Shown here piece after piece: positions 1-12,759 of a stretch of 63,812 bases of DNA (position 1 is the stretch's first letter; each line of letters starts with the position of its first letter). Position numbers and translations under genes: made by a program. The stretch comes from Malacoraja senta (lineage: Eukaryota). Below the pieces are notes generated by a model. It did no database searches. It was not told the DNA's origin and saw nothing but the letters and a program-made list of their open reading frames with translations. The stretch covers positions 66,588,189-66,652,000 of the forward strand of contig CM075981.1 in the NCBI GenBank assembly GCA_038087875.1. The letters are read 5' to 3'.

Positions 1-29
1 CACACACATGCCGACACACACACACACAC
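1..29. repeat. (CA)n microsatellite
   Basis: Interrupted CA run at the window start. Confidence 0.85.
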
Positions 30-107
30 TCAAGTTTCCTGCTTTGTTATAATTCTGTGAAGTTCTAATCAGAGGCTGTCTGGGTTTTGCATTCAGTCTA
101 AGGATCA

Positions 108-1643
108 TTGAGTCATGGAGTCATACAGAACGAAAACAAGCCTTTTGGCCCAACCTCCCTGTGCCGAGCAAGATGCTCCATCTACACTAGTCCCACCTCC
201 CCATATTTGGCCCACATCCCGCTAAATCTTTCCAAACCATATACCTGCCCAAATGTCTTTTAAATGTTGTTATAGTTTCTGCCTTAATTACCTCCTCTGA
301 CAGCTCGTTCCATATATCCACCACCTTCTATGTGAAAAAGTTGCCCCTCGGGTTCCTATTACATTTTTCCCCTCTCATGTCAAACCTACAGTATGTCCTC
401 TGGTCTCCTTGATTTCCCTTGAATTACTCTCTGCATTCTATTCCCCATCATGATCGCATCTGCCTCTGCAAGATTACCCTTCCACCTACTACAATCCAAG
501 GTATAAAGTCCTAATCTGCCTAACCTCTCCCTATAGCTCTGGCCCTCAAGTTCTGGCAACATCCTCATAAATCTTCTCTGCACTATTTTCAGCTTAATAA
601 CTTCCTTCCTATAAGCAGGGTGTCCTAAACTGAACTCAATAATCCAAATGTGGCCTTGCCAACATCTTGTACAACTGTACAATACACGCATAATATCCCA
701 ACATATACTCAATACCCTGAGTGATGAAGGCCAAGGAATCAAAAACCTTGACTACCCTATCTACCTGTGATGCCACTTACATATTTGCCTGCACTCCTAG
801 ATCCCTTTGCTCTACAACACTCCCAGGGTCCTGTCATTCACTGTGAAAGTCCTGCCCTGGTTTGACTTCCCAAAAAACAACACCTCGCACTTATCTGCAT
901 TAAACTCCATTAGCCATTCCTCATCCACTTGCCCAACTAATCAAGATCCTGCCATATTTTTTGATAACCATCTTCGTGATCTATGATTGCACCCACTTTC
1001 ATCTGCAAAGTTACTAATTATCTTGTACATTCTCAATCAAATCATTGATATAAACAACAAACAGCTATGGGCCCAGCACTGATCTCTGAGGGACACCACT
1101 AATTACATGCCTTCAGCCTGAAAACAACCTTCCGCCATCACCCTCCGCTTCCTTCCATGAAACCAATTCTCTATCCAGACAGCTAGCTCTCCATGGATCC
1201 CATGCAATCTCACCTTTCAGAGCAAACTATCATGCAGAACACATCAAATACCTCACTGGTCAATAGAGACAATGTCTACGGCTTTACCCTCATCAACCGT
1301 TTTGGTTACTTCTTCAAAAATTCAATCTGATTCATGACAGGATCTCCCATGTACAAAACCATGGTAATTATCCCTAATCAACCCCTGTCTATTCAAAAGC
1401 ATCTATATCTTATCCCTCAGAATACTCTCCAGTAACTTGTACACCTCAAATGTTAGGCTCACTTGGCTATAATCCCCAGGCTTATCCTTGCATCCCTTCT
1501 TAAATAGAGGCACAACATGAGCCACCCTCCAGTCTCTTGGCACCTCATCAAAGTCTAATGATGATTCATACATCTCAGCAAGGGCGCCTGCAATTACTTC
1601 TCTAGCTTCCCACAGTGTTGTGGGGTGTATCTGATCTGGGCTG
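108..1643 (-). mobile_element. CR1 (HER1-type) LINE, 5'-truncated, degenerate ORF2 reverse transcriptase
   Basis: Minus-strand translations PDQIHPTTLWEAREVIAGALA..VPRDWRVAHVVPLFKKGCKDKPGDY and VQRRFMRMLPELEGQSYRERLGRLGLYTL are CR1 ORF2 motifs; (TATGACTC)-type tail appears as GAGTCATGGAGTCATA near 111. Confidence 0.92.
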
Positions 1644-1877
1644 CAACACTGGAATGGAAGTGGAAACAATTGGGTCTTTGGATGAGTTAGGACAGGTCTG
1701 GTGGGCTGGTTGGCTTCTCTATGCATAGCACAGTTCTATGATTTGAGCAAATGATTCAGTCAGTTGTGTTAATTCCTCAGTTCCTCGTAGCACAACAATA
1801 ATGCAAGCAATGTCCATGCATAGAAAAGTAACACACATTGGAATTGTGTTTAAAGGATCCCAGGATAAACATCGTTC

Positions 1878-2020
1878 GGTACAGCACAGGAACAGACTTT
1901 TTGGCCCACAATATCTTCGACAAACATGATGCCAAGTTAAACTAATCTCCTCTCATCCATATACTTCCATTCCCAATAGATTCATGTACTTATCTAAAAG
2001 CCTCCTAAATGCCACTATTG
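1878..2020 (-). mobile_element. CR1 LINE 3' end fragment
   Basis: CAGCACAGGAACAGAC..GGCCCACA..AACATGATGCCAAG, the same 3' UTR as the copies at 12760 and 20090. Confidence 0.75.
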
Positions 2021-2199
2021 AAACAATTCTCAATTATTCTGAGGGCAAGTAAATTTATAACTTCTAAAATGTAACTTTCAGGAAATAAGACCCACTGACA
2101 GGACCAGAACGTTTGTCCTTGCCCCTCTTGCATCTCCAGAACATTTGGTCCCTGCCTGGCAACCACTCAGTGACCAACCGACTGAACCTAATCAAATGG

Positions 2200-2595
2200 C
2201 AACATAATCAAAGACATTTCCCACCCTGGTCATTCCTTCTTCTCCCTGCTCCCATTGGGCAGAAGATACAAAAGCTTGAAAGCACGCACCACCAGACTTA
2301 GGAAAAGCTTCTTCCCCTCTGTAATCAAGCTTCAGAATGGTCTTTCCATAAGCTACGGTACAGTCTGATTCTCCTCTAACTTATTGTGAACATTGGACCT
2401 CTGGAACTATTGCACTACAATGCTGAGAATTATATTCTGCATGCTGTGTCTTTTCCTTTGCTCTACCTATTGTACTTGAGTTTGGCTTGACTGTATTTAT
2501 GTAATGTATTATCTGATCTAATTGCATAGCAAACAAAACAAAGCTTTTCACTATACCTTGCTACATGTGATAATAATAAACCTAAACCTAAACCT
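2200..2595 (+). mobile_element. Rex1/Babar LINE 3' end
   Basis: Encodes HPGHSFFSLLPLGRRYKSLKARTTRLRKSFFPSVIKLQN (Rex1 ORF C-terminus); ends AATAATAAACCTAAACCTAAACCT. Confidence 0.85.
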
Positions 2596-2904
2596 CTGTG
2601 GCCCACAAGGCAGTGCAGTTTGATCATAATTTTCTGGCCAAGGGCTTCAACAGGAAGTGTCAAGATCACTTCAAAATAGTCCCAAGATTATTTTATGATA
2701 TCTGCACTTTAAAATGGTATAAATGCTTTTTCCTTATTTCAATTTCAAGGCTATTATGTCCTGGAACCAACAAATGACAGCCAAATGTAGTTAATTTTCA
2801 CAACCTAATTGTCTGTAAGGCATCATCTATATGATCGAGTTCTACATCGTGTAAGGAAGGGAGTAATGAGAAGCAACAACTACGTTTCTAGACCTAGTTA
2901 GGAA

Positions 2905-3300
2905 TTCATTCCTTGGAGTGTAGGAGATTAAACGGTGATCTCTAGAGTTGTATACGAGGGACATAGAAAGGGTTAACGCACATAGTCTTTTTTTGCAGGG
3001 CTGGGGAATCAAGAAGTTGAGAGCATAGGTTTCAGGTGAGAGGGGAAAAATGTAATATGAACTGGAGGGGCTACTTTTACACACAGGGGGTGATATGCAC
3101 ATGGAAAGAGTTGCCAGAGGAAGTGGTTGAGATAGATACAATAACAACATTTGAAAGACATTTGGACAGGTACATGGATAAGAAAGGTTTGGAAGGATCT
3201 AGGTTGAATGCAGGCAAATGAGACAAATTCAGATGAGGATCTTTGTCAACATGGATGAGTTGGTCTGAAGAGCCTGCATGACCGTATAACACTATGACTA
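2905..3300 (+). mobile_element. CR1 LINE 3' end
   Basis: ORF 3036-3221 FYTQGVICTWKELPEEVVEIDTITTFERHLDRYMD is the CR1 ORF2 C-terminus; tail CTATGACT. Confidence 0.88.
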
Positions 3301-3829
3301 CGGGATGGCTGATTCCAATATGATGAGACAGGGGCTGTAGCATGTTAGGAAGCATGTCTCCCTGATGGGATAGAGCACAATTTTCCTGAAAATCTCCAAC
3401 CACAGCAAAATGAAGAGGTTAGGAACACATAAAATTCAAAGATAATGCAAATAAAATTTCAAAAACCTGACGTAGATCCTGGCAAGTGGAAGAGGGAAGG
3501 CAGGTGTTTCTGTGGCTGTAGATGTGACTCTAGGATGGGATGTGGTGTCCCAGAGGCAGGGTGAGGGTAGTATCCGAATGGCCGCAGAAAATCCTAACTG
3601 GGGAAGATGAAGAACCAGTTGTGGTCCACAACAGTATAGGTAGAAAGAGGGAGCTCTGGAAGCAAATTTTAGGGAACCAGGAAAGAGGTTAAAAAATAGT
3701 AACTCTTCAGTTTGTCCAAGTGTCACATGCTAATAAACCTAATACTAGAAAGATAAAGCAAATCAATGCATTTCTAGAGAGCTGCTGTAATAGCTTTAGA
3801 TATCTGAGACTTTAGGGCTGTTTATGATT

Positions 3830-3960
3830 CAAAATGATGCCAGAATTAGGGGGGTATTAGCTAGAGGGGGAGGTTGGACAGACTTGGATTGTTTTCTCTG
3901 AAATGCTGGATGTTGCAGGGATAACTGATAGAAGTATATAACATTATGAGAGGTATAGAA
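3830..3960 (+). mobile_element. CR1 LINE internal fragment
   Basis: GAGGTTGGACAGACTTGGATTGTTTTCTCTG..CTGATAGAAGTATATAA matches the CR1 'RLDRLGLFSLE..DLIEVYK' region. Confidence 0.7.
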
Positions 3961-4400
3961 GATAGAATAATACAGCACAAGAACAGACCCTTCGGCCCAC
4001 AATGTCAATGCCGTACATAGTGTCAAGACTACTTGTATCTGCCTTCACATAATCCGTATCCCTCTGTTCCCTGCATATCGATATACCTATCAAAAAGACT
4101 CCTAAATGCCACTATCCTATCTGCCTCAACCACCACTGTTGGCAGCATGTTCCAAGTACGCACCAGTCTCTGTGAAAAAACTTGCCCTGCAGTTCTCCTT
4201 TAACCTTTGTCCTCTCACCTTAAAACTATGGCTTCTAATATTTGATTTTTCCATCCAGGGAAAAAGGTTCCGACTGTCTACCCTTTCTATGTACCTCTTT
4301 GTTTCAAATACTTCTATCAGGTCTCCCCGCAACCTCTAATGCTCCAGAGAAAACAATCAAAGTCTCTCCAACCTCTCCGTGTAGCTAATACACCTTAATT
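3961..4400 (-). mobile_element. CR1 LINE 3' end
   Basis: ORF 4126-4332 RGDLIEVFETKRYIERVDSRNLFP..RSHSFKVRGQRLKENCRASFFT. Confidence 0.88.
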
Positions 4401-4401
4401 C

Positions 4402-4478
4402 ATATATAGCAAAACAAAGTTCTTAACTGCACTTCAGTATATGTAACAAAAATAAACCTTAACCTAAACTTAAACCTA
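4402..4478 (+). mobile_element. Rex1-type 3' tail fragment
   Basis: ATAGCAAAACAAAG..AATAAACCTTAACCTAAACTTAAACC, similar to 2525-2595. Confidence 0.6.
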
Positions 4479-4559
4479 CAATGTAGAGAAATGTGATTTT
4501 ATTCTCTGAAATGGGAAAAATACTCCTGATCATGTTTTTTAATTGGTGAGAGACTGAGA

Positions 4560-5240
4560 ACTGTTCATATTCAAAGGGATGGAAATGTCCGTGTACACAA
4601 GTCACTGAAAGCCAATGTGAAAACCCATAAGGCAAATTATATATTGGCCATTATTGCTGGAGGGTTTGAGTACCGGGCAAAGATGTCTTACATTGGGTCT
4701 CAGTGAGATCACAACTAGTAAATTGTATATTATGTGCAGTTTTGTCCTCCTTATCTAAAAAAGAATATTAGGAAATTTCAACATAGATTCACCAGGCTGG
4801 TTCCTAGGATAGCAGGCCTGGCATATGAGCAGAGATGAAGTAGCTTAGTCCCCTGTACTTTAAAATTTAGAAGAATGAGATTTAATCTTATTGGAACATA
4901 CACAATTCTTCGACGGTTCAACAGGATAGATATGTGCAGGATGCTTCTCCTGGCTGGGGAGGTTAGAACCCAAATCAGAATAAAAGGCAGGCTACTTGGA
5001 ACTGAAATGAGTAGATATATCTTGACTCAAATGGTGGTGAATCTTTTTAATTTTCTACCCCAGTAATCTGTGGAGACTTGGTTATTGATTGAATTCAGTG
5101 AAATAAAAAATCTCTGGACAATATGAAAATCGAGGGATGTGGGGAAATGGAAGTAAGATGACATTGAAATTTAATTGATTGTTGGACATGCTCAAGGGGC
5201 CGAATAGCCTACCCCTATTCTTTCTGTTTCTGTTGCTATG
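4560..5240 (+). mobile_element. Degenerate CR1 LINE 3' portion
   Basis: ORF 4875-5066 MRFNLIGTYTILRRFNRIDM..EMSRYILTQMVVNLFNFLPQ is CR1 C-terminus-like; GGGGCCGAATAGCCTAC 3' UTR. Confidence 0.75.
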
Positions 5241-5973
5241 GTAACTAGAAAATGGTCACAGCATAGGAAGAGCTTGGGAAAGGGAATGTGCATAATGATA
5301 AAAATCAACACAAAAATATTGATTATTATATCAAGAAGAAGATTACGCTGAGGAATGTGGTCTCCTTAGAAATTAATAATACTGACATTACAAACAAAAA
5401 TCATGAAAAGTGGGCAAATTGAATAGGTACTGCATGAGTATCCGTAGCAAAGGAAAAGTCTACTATTTCACATATCACAAGGAAAGTTGAGTCAGATACA
5501 GAGTTCACTGGAATTAATTTGTGAAATGACAATAATAATAATAATGAAGAAATTTGCAGTGCCATAACGATAAAAAAAGCACTGGTTAATCCACACACAG
5601 AGCACACAGAGACCCAGTTTTCAGCACCAAACCTTGGGATTAATATAATGGAGCATATTTGCCAGAAAGATGCCTGGACTCCAAGGGTAAAATTATGAGG
5701 AAATCTATAACCAGTGGTATTCACTGGAGTTTAGGTTAAGGTTTATGTTTTATTCCAAGATAGATGAATGGAAAACCGATCAGACAAAGAGAGAGAAGGC
5801 ACCTCCGTTGGTTGGGGGACTGGAACCTGGGGACATGCAGTTAAAATGAAAGCCAGCCCTTGAAGGAGAATCCAAGAATCACAAACCGACTGTAGATTTT
5901 TGGAATCTTATCCACAAACTGCAAGTGACTCTAGGTCATTGTTGATTTTAAATTTGAGACTGATCAGTTTGGT

Positions 5974-6285
5974 TATAGAGTCATAGAGCTAAACAACATG
6001 GAAACAGGCTCTTCTGCCCAACTCATAAGGTGCCTTCCTGAGCTAGTCCCATTTACCTGCGTTTAGCCCATATCCCTCTAAGCCTTTCCTATTTATGTAC
6101 CTGCCCAAATGTCATTTAAACATTGTAATTACACTGATTTCTACCACTTTCTCTGTCAGCCCTTCACACAATTGCCCCATAGGTCCTTTAGTTTTAGAAT
6201 TCCCTATCTTAGAAAAAAGACCGTGATCTTTCACATTATCTATTTCCCCCTCTGTAAGGTCACCCTCATCCTCATTCCCTCCGGT
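5974..6285 (-). mobile_element. CR1 LINE 3' end
   Basis: ATAGAGTCATAGAG tail followed by the CR1 3' UTR (GGAAACAGGC..GCCCAACTC..TAGTCCCATTT). Confidence 0.8.
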
Positions 6286-7810
6286 GTTGAGGAGTTGAGA
6301 AAAGGTGGGTACGTGTATTAAGTGACAGATCACCTGTAATCGTATGGAATGGTGTAGCATCTATTCCCCCATCTATCTGTGACCTTGTTGACTGTGGGAG
6401 CAGGTTCAATGTATCTGTTCCCATGAGGTGACGGGGAAGGAAATAAAGAGTTCTGTCAGGTAAGTGGATCAGTAACCAACGATGACAGATTCAGAATTGT
6501 TGACACAAGATCCAGATGATTGAGGAGGAGCAATGTTTTTACTCAGGGAAGTTCTGGGAGAAGTGATTGAAACTTATCCCACAAATAATTTCAGAAAGGG
6601 TGGCAGCCAGTGTGCAGGGATATGGACAAATGGTAGGCAAGTTGATTGTAAGTGCCTGCTCCAAAGAGCCAGCACTGGCAGGACAGACTGACCCGTCTCC
6701 TTCCATGATGTTTGAAGATTTCATCACCCAGACCTTACTCTGTGGATGGCCAATGATGGTGGAGAGCCAACCTTGGACTTTCATCCTGGGACTGCAACGG
6801 TTGCAGGAAGAAACTCAAGAAGGCGAGAGTAGCAGCAGATGATTGAGGTTTGAGTGTCAACTAAACCGTTTTTTTGTGCGAAAGAGCAAGAGGCGATGTG
6901 CTGTCCCTGCTCTTGGGTTGAGATGGCTCAGTGTACAGTCCAACACCCATTCAATTTATAATCACACGTTTAAAAGTGTAATATTTCCCTGTGAAATATT
7001 GTATAAATACTCATGCAGTGAGTACCATCTCAATGGAAGTGTTAAAACAGGTCGCAGGCGCCTAGCATTTTTGATAAACAAAAAATCTTTTTGTACACAG
7101 TAATATCACACTGAAACCAATATGAAGAAGCAATTAATGTTTTCAAGAAATTTTAAAATGTCTGATCGTCTTTGCACCTTCTGCTCAGAAGTGGTGTAAA
7201 CATCACTACTTCGCCTCTCTTTCTGAATCAAATAAAGCTTGTCGGATAAATAGATACTTGGCTCTTCTTGGGTATTCTGTGGGGCACTGCTTTCATCCAT
7301 GACAGCTCTTTGAAGTGAAGGGTTTTTGAACACAGTCTGCATGAGTTCTTGGTTTCCATAAATTACGCATTCCTCTCTTGTCCCACTGATGTCTTGCTGT
7401 TCACCTTTGAAGGTGCTGGTTTAAGATATCCCTCACTCAACTTTGATAAAACCACGTCATCCATGTCCCACAACGCCTGGCCCTTTCTTTTTAGATTTCT
7501 ATATCTCGAGGATCACTACTAATTGGTTGGAAAGATCAAGACGAAAGATTCTACTTTTAGACATCCACAGCAAAGACATCATGCTCAGAAGCTGTGTGCG
7601 GAGACAGTATGAACAAGAAGATGTGCGAGGACCAGAAATAAAATCACAACCTTCTATCAAGAGTGGTATGGAGTGAAAGGTCAGGAAATGTTAGCAACAG
7701 TTATGACTAAACTTATGTGCTGGCCACAAACCAGATTTTTAGTGACCTGTTTTGTCTGGATTGCAAACTCTTCAAACTTTCCATGCATTCCCTAGAATTA
7801 AGATTTAATC

Positions 7811-7905
7811 TTGTGGAAGCTAGACACAAAATACTGGAGCAACGCAGCAGGTCAGGCAGCATCCTTGCAGAGAAGGAATAGGCAATGCTTTGGGGTCAAG
7901 ACTAT
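7811..7905 (-). mobile_element. Penelope-derived terminal fragment
   Basis: TAGACACAAAATACTGGAG..CAGGCAGCATC, shared with the 3' terminus of the Penelope element at 43.2-44.6 kb. Confidence 0.7.
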
Positions 7906-8147
7906 TGTGTGGATGTTGGTACGAACAAATCCAGAAAAAAAATCAGAGCAAAAAATAACACAGTGTTTTTTTAATTATTATATACTTTCAGCAATTACAT
8001 AAATGTATTGTAATGTGAGTGGGGATTGGGCATTTGGAGATAGTGAGGTCATGTGATCAAACCACTTGCTTGAGCAGAACTGACAACAATTGGACCACAA
8101 CTTCATTGCCTATTAACCCAATAAGTCCTAACCTGCTCTAGATGGTA

Positions 8148-8320
8148 GATAGACACAAAATGCTGGAGTAACTCGGGACAGGCAGCATCTCTGGAGAGGA
8201 GGAATAGGTGACATTTTGGGTCGAGATCCTTCTTCAGGTTGATCTGTCCCGCTGAGTTACTCCAGCATTTTGTGTCTATCTTCGGTTTAAACCAGCACCT
8301 GCAGTTCCTTCCTACACATT
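8148..8320. mobile_element. Short Penelope-derived fold-back element with 12-bp TSD
   Basis: Inverted arms GATAGACACAAAATGCTGGAGTAACTC / GAGTTACTCCAGCATTTTGTGTCTATC; flanked by CTCTAGATGGTA at 8136-8147 and 8321-8332. Confidence 0.85.
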
Positions 8321-8477
8321 CTCTAGATGGTAATGCTTACTTATGTTCTTATTGCTTGCCAAGTTTTGGAAACAGATCTCTCACATCGACTCATTTGAAT
8401 ACCATAGGCTCACCATTCACAATAATAGTGCCACAACTGGGGGAGAGAACAACAACTCTCTGAACAGGACCAATTCT

Positions 8478-9890
8478 CAGTAATGAAGGTTTCGTTTGTG
8501 CCAACTGATTGTTTGAGCAGCCCAGCAGAACACACGGCTGCTGATGAGACTTTACAATTGCTGTCTGCAGCCTTCCGGCGTGGCTGGCCGGACAAACAAC
8601 ACAACACCCCGCTCGCAATCCGCCCCTACTTCCTGGTTTGCGACGAACTAGTATTACAGGACGGAATTATAGTCAAGGGCCACAAGGCAGTGGACCCAGC
8701 AACCCTCCGGGACAAATACTTTGACGACATCCACAGGGGTCACCCCGGCGTGGAGGCAACCCTCCAAAGTGCGCAAAGCAAAGTTTTACTGGTCCAGAAT
8801 GACCATATACATACGAGAAAAAAAAGAAGTTTGCGCCGTCTGCAAAAGCCTGACGCCACATCAGCAAAAGCAGCCTTTACTGCTGCACCCAGTCCCTCCT
8901 CTCCCGTGGTCCACTTTAGCCACCGACATCTTCGAGTGGCATGGGACACACTATCTGGTTCTTGTTGACTCTTACTCGGGCTGGTTCGAAATTGATTTAC
9001 TTCAAACCACTACTTCTGAAGCAGTTATCGAGAAGTTGCAGTGTCACCTCTCCGTGCACGGCTCCCCTGCACGTATCCAGTCTGACAACGGAAGACAGTT
9101 CACCAGCCAAGCTTTTAAAGACTTTGCAAAACAATGGGACTTTCAACATATTAACAGCAGCCCTGAGTTCCCACAGTCCAACGGACTCGCCGATCGTGCT
9201 GTCCGGAGTGCAAAACAACTCATGGAGCAGTCATACCTTGCCAAATCAGACGTGTACCTAGACTTGCTCAACCTAAGGAATATTGCACGGGATCCCATAC
9301 TGGGTTCTCCAGCCCAATAACTGATGTCTCGTCAAACCCGTGCTCCTCTGCCTGTGTCCCAGCAGCTTTTACAGCCACAAGTAACATCTACAAGTAACAT
9401 CAGAAGCAACTACAATTCAAACGTGGCATGCAGAAACGCTTCTTCGACAAATCCAGCAAGCCACATAAACCTTTCGCACATGGACAAGTGGTCCATCTCC
9501 AGACAAACAAGGGCTATGCACGTCTGGGACACATCTACGGCCCCGCCAAAGAGCCGCGCTCTTATCTGATCGAAGCGGACGGAGTCATCTACAGCGGCAA
9601 CCGTCAACATGTCCTTCCAGTGAAGGAACCGCTTCCTGCGACTCCATATCCTGATGTCTCATGTTTTGTATACCCTCCCACGGTCGGTCCCGCGTCCCCA
9701 CTGCCACCTATCGTTTCCACCGCGGTCTAGCTTGCCTACCTCGTCACCCTCCCTGCCTGTCGAGTCGCCGGTCGTTTCCCCATTTCCCTCCCCGGTATCT
9801 TCTCCAGTGAAAGGAGGTGAGGCGGACTCGTACCGCACACGGGCCGGACGGGTTTGCAGGCCACCCGTTAGATATGGTGATTTTGTGTAA
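8478..9890 (+). pseudogene. Gypsy/Ty3 (K02A2.6-like) pol remnant: integrase, frameshifted
   Basis: HHCC finger (IHRGHPG..CAVC), core LATDIFEW..LVLVDSYSGWFE..IQSDNGRQF..PQSNGLADRAV (catalytic E reads D), C-terminal YRTRAGRVCRPPVRY; split over several frames with a stop at 9318-9320. Confidence 0.93.
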
Positions 9891-9965
9891 TTTTGTAAAT
9901 GTATTATTAACATTCCACCTATATCGCTTAGTCACCGATGCTTCTTTTGTTTCTACAAGGAAAGA

Positions 9966-10169
9966 TGTAGATTGGCTATTTCATACTAGCCAATTCTAGT
10001 GCTTGTTAGTAGTGACTCCACCTATTATGTGCTTTATATTATCAAGAGCTTGCCTACGCTAGTTAGTATGAGTAGCAGCTCGGAGATGTAATGTCTGCAG
10101 ATCCTTGCTGTTAGTAGATTTAATAAACATGTGTTGTATCTTAATGTGTGTTCGGGTCGGCTCATTACA
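9966..10169 (+). mobile_element. 3' LTR (204 bp) of the Gypsy element
   Basis: Begins TGTA directly after purine tract AAGGAAAGA (9957-9965), has AATAAA at 10122-10127 and ends TACA. Confidence 0.85.
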
Positions 10170-12319
10170 ATTATCCCCAATCATCCGAAACAATAAATAT
10201 AACTGTGCTGTTTATTGGGGGCCGGCGGTGGACTTTGGCCAGGCCAGAGCACCCAATGGTCACCACCAGCTGGGAGGCAGCGTGAATCCTCCTGCTCCCA
10301 GATTCTCAACGCCTCATCAGGTGGTGGAAATCACTCTTCTGAGCGGAATGGGAGCCTTTTTGTTTTACGTACATTGACTCAAAATTTAGAAGAGCAAAAA
10401 GTTAATTTTCAAGTTTGCTACTGGGGAAAGAACAAACAAGGGAAAACTTATTAAAGCAAACACAAACAACACTGAAAAAAATGTTATTGATCCGGCAAGG
10501 TCAAGCAGAAAATGAAATATCAAAATGAATTTGGCAGCAACTTAAGTCGAAGACTTGGCAATGTTTCCTTCTGACCAAAGGGGCATGTCAGCAGGCAATG
10601 GGACTTTGAAATACTTGGGAGATGTTAAGCCACCAGGAGATGAAAAATCATTTACTCTGCCACGTCACAATCAGAGGATAAAAGAATCAGGGATATAAAT
10701 ATGCAAGAAAATTGGAAATCAAAGAGAAAACACAAATAAATTAGGGTGTGCCCCTTGTGAGGCTCTGTTAGCGATGGCTAACACAACCTCAGTAACGTGG
10801 AAGATTAGACAGCAGCCTGGCAATTCAACCACTGTGCTCCTGTATTCCACCTTTTTGAATAAGCACCGCTGAATCCTTATCTGGTTCACGTTTTGTTTGA
10901 AGACGTACACTCCCCGCAGGAGCTGTGGGTTTCGTTTATATTTAAGGCAAATTGTTACAGTTGCTTTAAAGAGCTTACAGGACAGTGATGTTATTCAAGT
11001 GCAAGAACCAGAAAGGGAGGCTAATGTCAATGGCAGCTCCACCTGCCTGGATTGACAACGAACCTGATGCCAAATGAGGGTCAGAGAGAATACATTGCAG
11101 ATTCCTTTCACACTTTAGGGCCAAGGCTGCCTCAGGGTTCAGTGCCTGAGGCTGTTCGTTATATCACGGGGAGTTCAGGCAGCCAGACAGTTGCTAGGCT
11201 ACAGGAAAAGCAGAGAAGTCTCACACAAACCAGATCAGTTTTTGATTGGAATTAAAAAAACATTTTTTTTTCAATTGCATTCAATTAAGAATGTTAAGTT
11301 TGTCCGGAAGAATTACCTTCCACTGAGAATGTCTCATTAGGAAGTCCCCTTTTGATTGTTACTAATTAGCACCTTAAACTGTCACAGTGGGCAGCATCTC
11401 ATCAATGCTGCACAACACAGACTGAGATGTGTTGAGTTGCCCTTCTTAAATATGGTTTTCTTCTCCCTCGCCTGCTCCTCCCTTGGCTGATCAGCAGAGG
11501 ACAGAAATTTACAGTAATTGGCAAAAGAACCCAGAGCTGGATGAATTCAGACAGTGAGTTGTCTTGATCTATAATGCCTTGTGTTTTTGCTGCAGCCTCC
11601 GAATGATTATAGCTCCATTTGTGATTAGATGTTGCACAAGGGCTTGTCCCCTCTCCTGTGCTGACTTGGATGTCAATACTCAGAGGCATCAACCATCCAT
11701 GGACCCTAAATAAAGAGTTTGGCAGTGTGGATGTGAGGGTTGGGTTGGGTTGGGTCCAGTGCTGAGGAAGAGTAACTAGGGTGAAATTTAAGACTGACAA
11801 CAAGTGGCAAAATATGAAACGTAGGGTTGCCAAAGAAGAAGGCATGGTTTCATAACTGCAGTCAAACTAAGGATTTAAGGACTACTCAATACTTCTCACT
11901 GTTGCCGTTGCAGGCTGCTTGCCAGATGAGAAGGATAGGCAGGGCGAAGGCGTGGAGCCTCACAAGCCTGTGCCATCCTTCAATCCGACTGTGACCGATC
12001 TCGGTTTGACTTTGCTCCTGTTACTGTCAGCCTCGACTAGGTGAACATGGGCTCCAGGTTTTCTGTACCCTCTGGGTGAAGACGTACTCTTAGCATCAGT
12101 CTGCAACAACATTGCCCCTCTCCACCACAGAAACCAGTGAAGATACCTCAGGAAAAATGTCTTGCTCTGAGCGCAAGATGGGATCTATTGGACATTTCTC
12201 GAGTGCTTACACCAGGGCATGGAACCTGCTCTGGACTGTTAAATGCAGCATTTCTTTTAATCCCTAATCACCACTTGGCTTGCTAAGTCAATTTCGAGGT
12301 CAATTAAGATTCAAACACC

Positions 12320-12557
12320 TCACTAGGGGTTAAGTAAGGATGATAAGCTTCTTTCCTTAACAGCCATTACTGAACCAGATGGGTTTTACATCATTCTGCT
12401 ACTTACGAGGGCAGCATGAGCCAGCTTTTAATTCCCAATTTATTAAAAGATAGTAACTTCGCACAGCTGCTGAGGAGGGATTTGAACTCGTGTCTTCGGA
12501 CCATTTGTCCAGACTTTTGGATTGACTGGTCCAGTGAGCTAACCACTGGCCCACCTT
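12320..12557 (-). mobile_element. Old tRNA-derived SINE (second family)
   Basis: Minus strand starts GGTGGGCCAGTGGTTAGC (A-box-like) and has GAGTTCAAATCC (B box); core TGAACCAGATGG shared with 62950-63170. Confidence 0.6.
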
Positions 12558-12759
12558 ACCTCATTGACAGGGTGCACACTGACAGTCTGCTTCAATTTTG
12601 AATCGCCAGCAGAATTTCACAGGCTCCAAGCAAGCTGAAACCACTCAACAGGATGTCATTATGAATACAGAGCCCAAAGACGGTTTCTCAGTTCTGCCTT
12701 GGATTTAAGCAGTAGAACTGAACACTTCAGAGAAGACCGTTCCCAATTAATAGAACTTT

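Noticed and set aside
7106-7676. Possible host exons (ORFs 7106-7342, 7443-7676)
   Set aside because: No recognisable domain or supportable splice structure; cannot be excluded without RNA-seq.
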